Positions 59,369 through 64,000 of a stretch of DNA of 64,000 nucleotides are shown piece by piece. How positions within the stretch are numbered: position 1 is the stretch's first letter; every line of letters begins with the position of its first letter. The notes under the pieces were generated by a model, which did not search any database, was not told the DNA's origin, and saw only the letters and a program-made list of their open reading frames with translations. Origin of the DNA: Bacteroidales bacterium (GTDB lineage: Bacteria; Bacteroidota; Bacteroidia; Bacteroidales; VadinHA17). A program made the translations under genes and the position numbers. The stretch is from assembly GCA_040769065.1 (NCBI GenBank), contig JAXGLU010000001.1, positions 1,479,218 to 1,543,217 on the forward strand, written 5' to 3'.

Positions 59369-60928
59369 TTATGCCAGGTCAATCTCATTACCTTCAGCAT
59401 CAACAAAATGGTATTCGAGCATATGGTATGAAGTCACCGGTTGAACCTTTAACCATATGCGATATTTCAGGGACCATTTCAGCGACAGTGGTATCAGCCC
59501 CCTTTTCATGAAAGATGCTACGAAAGGATGGACATTGAGATAGATCTTCCTGGTCTTGATCTTATCAACAATGAAAAAAAGAGTTTTTTCAAGATCATCT
59601 GTAAACAGGATTGTTGGACGCGTCTGACCCGTTCCCTGGCAGGATGGACATTTTTCGTTGGTCTCAATATGCATCTCAGGTCTCACTCTCTGTCTTGTGA
59701 TCTGCATAATCCCGAATTTTGACAGAGGCAGGATATTATGCTTGGTCCTGTCGTTAGCCATGATCTCCTTCATTCTTTCGAACAGAATCTGTTTATTTTC
59801 AGAAGACTGCATATCGATGAAATCGACCACAATAATACCTCCCATATCCCTTAGCCTCAATTGTCGGGCTATTTCCCTGGCGGCTTCAATATTTACCTCA
59901 AGGGCATTTGTTTCCTGGTCATTTCCCGACCTGGATCTGTTTCCGCTGTTGACATCTATAACATGTAAAGCTTCAGTATGTTCTATAATAAGGTAAGCGC
60001 CATGTTTAAAAGAGACTGTTTTACCAAACAGAGCCTTAATCTGCTTATTTATTCCGAAGTGGTCAAAAATCGGTAAAGTACCTTTATACGCTTTTACAAT
60101 GTTTTCCTTTTCCGGAGCAATTTCCCTGATATATCTTCTTATATCATCAGCAATATCAGTATCGTTGACATTGATGCTGTTAAATGATACATTAAGCATA
60201 TCCCGGATAATTGTAGTGGTTCTGTTCATCTCACCAATGAACAGCTTGGGCGCCTTTATTTCCTTCCTGACTGAAGAAAAAGCAAGCTCCCATCTTCTGA
60301 CCAGTTCCCTGAGTTCGGCATCAAGCACTGCTACCTTTTTCCCTTCAGCAGCAGTTCGTACAATAACACCGTAGTTTTTTGGCTTTATGCTATGAATCAG
60401 AGTTTTCAGCCTGGTTTTTTCTTCCTGGCTATCAATTTTGGAAGATATTGAAACTTTGTCTGAGAAAGGTATCAGAACAAGATTTCTTCCGGCAAGGGAA
60501 ATCTCAGATGCAAGTCTCGGCCCCTTTGTGGAAATCGGTTCCTTTGTTATCTGAACAAGAACAGTCTGCCCCGGTGTCAATACATCCTTTATCTTTCCAT
60601 CTTTGTCCAGATCCTGTTCCAGCTTGAATTTGTGCATGGGGATTATCCTGCCTTGTCGCTGCAAAACAGTTAAATAGAATTTATGAAGTGAGCGGAACTG
60701 AGCACCGAGATCGAGATAATGGAGAAATGCATCCCTTTCATATCCTACATTCACAAAAGCAGCATTCAGACCGGGCATAATTTTTTTTACTTTGCCCAGG
60801 TATATGTCCCCAACAGAAAATTTGACTTCCCGCTTCTCCTTATTGAACTCAACCAGCTGTTTATCTTCCAGCAGAGCGATAGATACTTCTGTGCTCCCTG
60901 AGTCAATTATTAAATCCTTGCTTATCAC
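59369..60928 (-). CDS. rng: Ribonuclease G/E family endoribonuclease
   Basis: S1-like N-terminus (GDIYLGKVKKIMPGLNAAFVNVG), catalytic core IEHTEALHVIDVNSG and GGIIVVDFIDM, Zn-link-like CPSCQGTG. Length is Rng-like (519 aa). Confidence 0.92.
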   Translation of the reverse strand: MISKDLIIDSGSTEVSIALLEDKQLVEFNKEKREVKFSVGDIYLGKVKKIMPGLNAAFVNVGYERDAFLHYLDLGAQFRSLHKFYLTVLQRQGRIIPMHKFKLEQDLDKDGKIKDVLTPGQTVLVQITKEPISTKGPRLASEISLAGRNLVLIPFSDKVSISSKIDSQEEKTRLKTLIHSIKPKNYGVIVRTAAEGKKVAVLDAELRELVRRWELAFSSVRKEIKAPKLFIGEMNRTTTIIRDMLNVSFNSINVNDTDIADDIRRYIREIAPEKENIVKAYKGTLPIFDHFGINKQIKALFGKTVSFKHGAYLIIEHTEALHVIDVNSGNRSRSGNDQETNALEVNIEAAREIARQLRLRDMGGIIVVDFIDMQSSENKQILFERMKEIMANDRTKHNILPLSKFGIMQITRQRVRPEMHIETNEKCPSCQGTGQTRPTILFTDDLEKTLFFIVDKIKTRKIYLNVHPFVASFMKRGLIPLSLKWSLKYRIWLKVQPVTSYHMLEYHFVDAEGNEIDLA

Positions 60929-60976
60929 CTTACCACTTCAATCTGATTACAATCTGCCCGATAATATCCATGTTCT

Positions 60977-61022
60977 AATACAGTAAACCTAAAGATCAAC
61001 AGACCTTTAGGTTTACTGTATT
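60977..61022 (-). terminator. Strong 18-bp hairpin downstream of the hup / small basic ORF pair
   Basis: AATACAGTAAACCTAAAG-(10 nt)-CTTTAGGTTTACTGTATT, a perfect stem seen directly. The T-tail on the minus strand is weak. Confidence 0.55.
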
Positions 61023-61056
61023 CAGATTGGGACCACTCAATGATCAAAAAGGAAAA

Positions 61057-61146
61057 CTATTTCTTCTTGTGTCTGTTCTTTCTCAAACGCTTTTTACGTT
61101 TGTGAGTAGCCATCTTATGTCTTTTTCTTTTCTTTCCGCTTGGCAT
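61057..61146 (-). CDS. 29-aa ultra-basic protein MPSGKKRKRHKMATHKRKKRLRKNRHKKK (bS22 / AURKAIP1-COX24-like small ribosomal protein candidate)
   Basis: Translated by hand. ATG 61146 lies 6 nt after the hup stop and the TAG is at 61057-61059. Below the ORF-track length cut-off. The sequence matches a small basic ORF I recall being conserved in Bacteroidota. Confidence 0.7.
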   Translation of the reverse strand: MPSGKKRKRHKMATHKRKKRLRKNRHKKK

Positions 61147-61152
61147 GGACAA

Positions 61153-61440
61153 TTACTTCTTAACGTGCGTTTTAACCTTATTAATGAATGACTTGGCTGG
61201 TTTGAATGCCGGAATGTAGTGTGAAGGAATGATAATGGTTGTATTCTTTGATATGTTCCTGGCAGTTTTTTTAGCTCTTTTCTTAACTATAAAGCTTCCG
61301 AACCCTCTGAGGTATACATTATTACCGGCAACCATTGAATTTTTAACGGTGTCCATAAAGGCTTCAACAGTTTTCTGAACTGTAACCTTCTCAATACCAG
61401 TGTTCTTGGCAATTTCATTAACGATGTCTGCTTTAGTCAT
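61153..61440 (-). CDS. hup: HU family DNA-binding protein
   Basis: MTKADIVNEIAK...V.LRGFGSF.VK.RA.K.ARNI and IIPSHYIPAFKP, typical of HU/IHF. Confidence 0.93.
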   Translation of the reverse strand: MTKADIVNEIAKNTGIEKVTVQKTVEAFMDTVKNSMVAGNNVYLRGFGSFIVKKRAKKTARNISKNTTIIIPSHYIPAFKPAKSFINKVKTHVKK

Positions 61441-61772
61441 TTCTTGCGATGTTTAAAATTCAACATATTATTTTGAGTATTCATTTTTTTCAACCCTGCA
61501 AATATAAAAATATTATTTATTTAAAAAGAAACACTTACATAATAATTTTTCCCTCTTGAATTTTATTATTGCCTAAATTACAATGAAATAGAAAACAGCT
61601 TTCACCCCCTGCATGAATGCCATATTAACCATTCTGTCAAACTGAATTCCGAGACATCTCATAACACACTGATTATCTGCACATCTGCCTATTTGTGCTC
61701 CACCAGGTTGCATGGGGCAGTTTTTTTCTTAACTTTACAATCATCAAATAGTTTCAAGTTAATTTTAATCAC

Positions 61773-62222
61773 ATGTCGGTCAACAAGGTAATATTAGTAG
61801 GCAATGTCGGGAAAGACCCGGTTATAAGATATTTTGACAAGGGTGTTGCAAAAGCAACATTTCCGCTTGCAACAAGTGAATCTTATACTAACCAGCAGGG
61901 AGAGTCGATCACCACAACAGAATGGCACAACATTGTTCTTTGGAGGGCTATGGCAGAAGTTGCTGAAAAGACAGTGAAAAAAGGTGCGCAGGTATATGTT
62001 GTTGGAAAAATAAGAACAAGATCATACGTGGATAAGGAGGGTGCCAACAGATATATTACAGAGATACTGGCTGATACCATTATGGTACTCGACAGGAAGC
62101 AGAGCCCGTCAAGCCCCGGCGAAACAAGAAACACATTCAAAGAACAGGAACCTGAACCACCTGAGGTCAATGAGCCAACGGTATCTGACCCTTTAAGTGC
62201 CGATTATGACCTCCCATTTTAA
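61773..62222 (+). CDS. ssb: Single-stranded DNA-binding protein
   Basis: VNKVILVGNVGKDP, TEWHNIVLW, acidic C-terminal tip DYDLPF. Confidence 0.95.
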   Translation: MSVNKVILVGNVGKDPVIRYFDKGVAKATFPLATSESYTNQQGESITTTEWHNIVLWRAMAEVAEKTVKKGAQVYVVGKIRTRSYVDKEGANRYITEILADTIMVLDRKQSPSSPGETRNTFKEQEPEPPEVNEPTVSDPLSADYDLPF

Positions 62223-62247
62223 GTAGGGTATATTAAAATCAAAAAGA

Positions 62248-63597
62248 TTGGAACCAGGAATCCTATACCACCTGATATCACTTCCTGCTGTTTATGCAGC
62301 TTTTACTCCTGATTATAAAATTATTACGGGAATTATTGTCCTGATGTTGTTGCTTTGTGCCTCAGCATTGATATCGGCTTCTGAAGTGGCATTTTTCTCA
62401 CTCAAGCCTGAAGACCTGGAAAAACTCAGGAATAAAAAGAGCCAGAAGGCTAAAAATGCCTTGAAGATGTATAACATGCCGGAGAGACTCCTCTCTACAA
62501 TACTTATATCAAATAATACAGTAAATATTGCCTTCGTCCTCCTTGCAGCATTCCTCAGTGCAAGATTGTTCGACTTCAGTTCAAGCCCAGTACTGGGATT
62601 CATTGTCGAGGCAATTGGCATCACCTTCCTGCTTTTGCTCTTCGGCGAAATAATGCCAAAGGTCTATGCATCAAAGAACCAGATGAAGATGGTCCTTTTC
62701 ATGGCTTCACCCCTTGTCGCCCTCGAAAAAATGTTCAGGCCCATTTCATCAATGCTTGTGTTATCAACATCATTTGTAAAGAAGCGAACAGGCATTAAAA
62801 GATCAAATATCAGCATGGATGACCTTTCTGAAGCTCTGGAACTGGCTTCAGACGACATAAATGAGGATGAAAAGATTCTTAAGGGCATTGTGAACTTTGG
62901 CAATATAAATGTCAGCGAAATAATGTGCCCAAGAATAGATGTTACTTCCCTCGACATAAAACTGGGTTTCAATAAAGTCAAATCATTAATAATCGAATCA
63001 GGGTTCTCAAGGATTCCTGTTTATTCAGGAACATTCGATTCCATAAAAGGAATCCTGTATGCAAAGGATATACTCCCCTATACAGACAGTCCTGACAATT
63101 TCAAATGGCAATCCCTGATAAGACCCCCTCACTTTGTACCCGAAACAAAAAAGATCAACGAACTGCTTAAAGATTTTCAGATCAAAAAGATACACATGGC
63201 TATCGTGGTTGATGAATATGGCGGAACATCAGGAATATTAACCCTTGAAGATATCCTTGAAGAAATTGTTGGCGAGATCACTGATGAAAGTGATGAAGAC
63301 GAAGATCTTTTCAGAAAGTTAGATGACAACAGGTATATTTTCGAAGGAAAGATTCTGCTCAACGATCTGTTTAAAATAATCGATATACCTGATGACACTT
63401 TTGAGGATGTTCGGGGAGAATCAGAAACTCTTGCCGGCCTTATACTGGAGATGACAGGCGAAATACCTCAGAAGGGACAGAGCATCAGATTCGGGAATTT
63501 CAACTTTACAATTGAATCAGCCGATAAGAGAAGGATAAAGGAAATAAGAGTGGATATTGAAAATGAGCCTGTTGAGGATAATAAAAAAGATGAATAA
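62248..63597 (+). CDS. gldE: Gliding-motility-associated CorC/TlyC-type protein GldE (DUF21 + CBS pair + CorC_HlyC)
   Basis: N-terminal DUF21 membrane domain, CBS pair, and C-terminal transporter-associated domain. Sits in ssb-gldE-gldD synteny with overlapping stop/start. Confidence 0.8.
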   Translation: MEPGILYHLISLPAVYAAFTPDYKIITGIIVLMLLLCASALISASEVAFFSLKPEDLEKLRNKKSQKAKNALKMYNMPERLLSTILISNNTVNIAFVLLAAFLSARLFDFSSSPVLGFIVEAIGITFLLLLFGEIMPKVYASKNQMKMVLFMASPLVALEKMFRPISSMLVLSTSFVKKRTGIKRSNISMDDLSEALELASDDINEDEKILKGIVNFGNINVSEIMCPRIDVTSLDIKLGFNKVKSLIIESGFSRIPVYSGTFDSIKGILYAKDILPYTDSPDNFKWQSLIRPPHFVPETKKINELLKDFQIKKIHMAIVVDEYGGTSGILTLEDILEEIVGEITDESDEDEDLFRKLDDNRYIFEGKILLNDLFKIIDIPDDTFEDVRGESETLAGLILEMTGEIPQKGQSIRFGNFNFTIESADKRRIKEIRVDIENEPVEDNKKDE

Positions 63598-64000
63598 GCT
63601 GATGGCAGTCATGATACTGCTTCTGACACTGTCAGGGTGCAGGGATGTACCCGTCCCAAGACCCAGAGGATATTTCAGAATCGACTTCCCGGCAAAGGAA
63701 TATATTTCAACTGAGAGTAATCCCATCGGTCATAAAATCCCGTTTCTTACAGAATATCCTCTGTACGGAAAGCTTACCCCGGGAGATGGCAGCACCGGGG
63801 AGCAAGGATGGTATAACATAGAATTACCCGACTTCAAAGCCAAAATATACCTCACCTACAAAGAAGTCAAAAACGACCTGCCAAGTCTTATAGAGCAGAC
63901 TTACACAATGAATGTAAAAAATCATATTTCCAAAGCCGATGCCATCAATGAAGAAATAATCTCCAACAGTTCAAGCAATGTATACGGTATCCTTTATGAC
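63590..64000 (+). CDS. gldD: Gliding motility lipoprotein GldD (3' end cut by window edge)
   Basis: Hand translation gives MNKLMAVMILLLTLSGC (lipobox) then RPRGYFRIDFP...WYNIELPDFKAKIYLTYK...YGILYD. The frame is open to the window end. Absent from the ORF track because it has no stop. Confidence 0.8.
   Translation, partial: MNKLMAVMILLLTLSGCRDVPVPRPRGYFRIDFPAKEYISTESNPIGHKIPFLTEYPLYGKLTPGDGSTGEQGWYNIELPDFKAKIYLTYKEVKNDLPSLIEQTYTMNVKNHISKADAINEEIISNSSSNVYGILYD

Noticed and set aside
1-64000. Search for CRISPR arrays, tandem repeats, transposases, integrases, toxin-antitoxin or known defence genes
   Set aside because: None were recognised on either strand. The window looks like conserved core chromosome rather than an accessory island.

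Overview
This 64-kb window reads as a densely packed core-chromosome segment of a Bacteroidota bacterium. Supporting this are gldD/gldE, PorP/SprF and a DUF5103 'T9SS plug'-like gene. The conserved cbs-nadK-(beta-barrel x2)-uppS-bamA-skp-skp-murI block with divergent pdxJ, TAnnTTTG-type -7 boxes and no obvious Shine-Dalgarno sites point the same way. I call about 64 protein genes. They include a complete Na+-NQR operon (nqrABCDEF) followed by apbE, a two-component pair next to a PiT phosphate transporter, and an MFS sugar porter plus N-acylglucosamine 2-epimerase. Also present are futalosine-pathway genes mqnB/mqnD, sod, PTPS-folE, fabD, korAB, and a translation-related run (engB, prs, rplY, pth, hslR), followed further downstream by dsbD, rng, hup, ssb. 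I found no rRNA, tRNA, CRISPR array, transposase, integrase or recognisable defence island, so I cannot honestly claim a clear new multi-gene system. The leads most worth following are: (1) two inverted ~90-nt copies of a hairpin-containing leader module that sit directly against the start codons of two unrelated genes and bracket an 8.9-kb block; (2) a 587-aa uncharacterised protein with an HPr-kinase-like P-loop, followed by (3) a 73-aa Cys-rich single-TM protein convergent with apbE (possible NqrM-like factor); (4) a 29-aa ultra-basic ORF absent from the ORF track (bS22-like); and (5) a NUDIX fusion protein. All function calls rest on motif recognition by eye; no searches were run.
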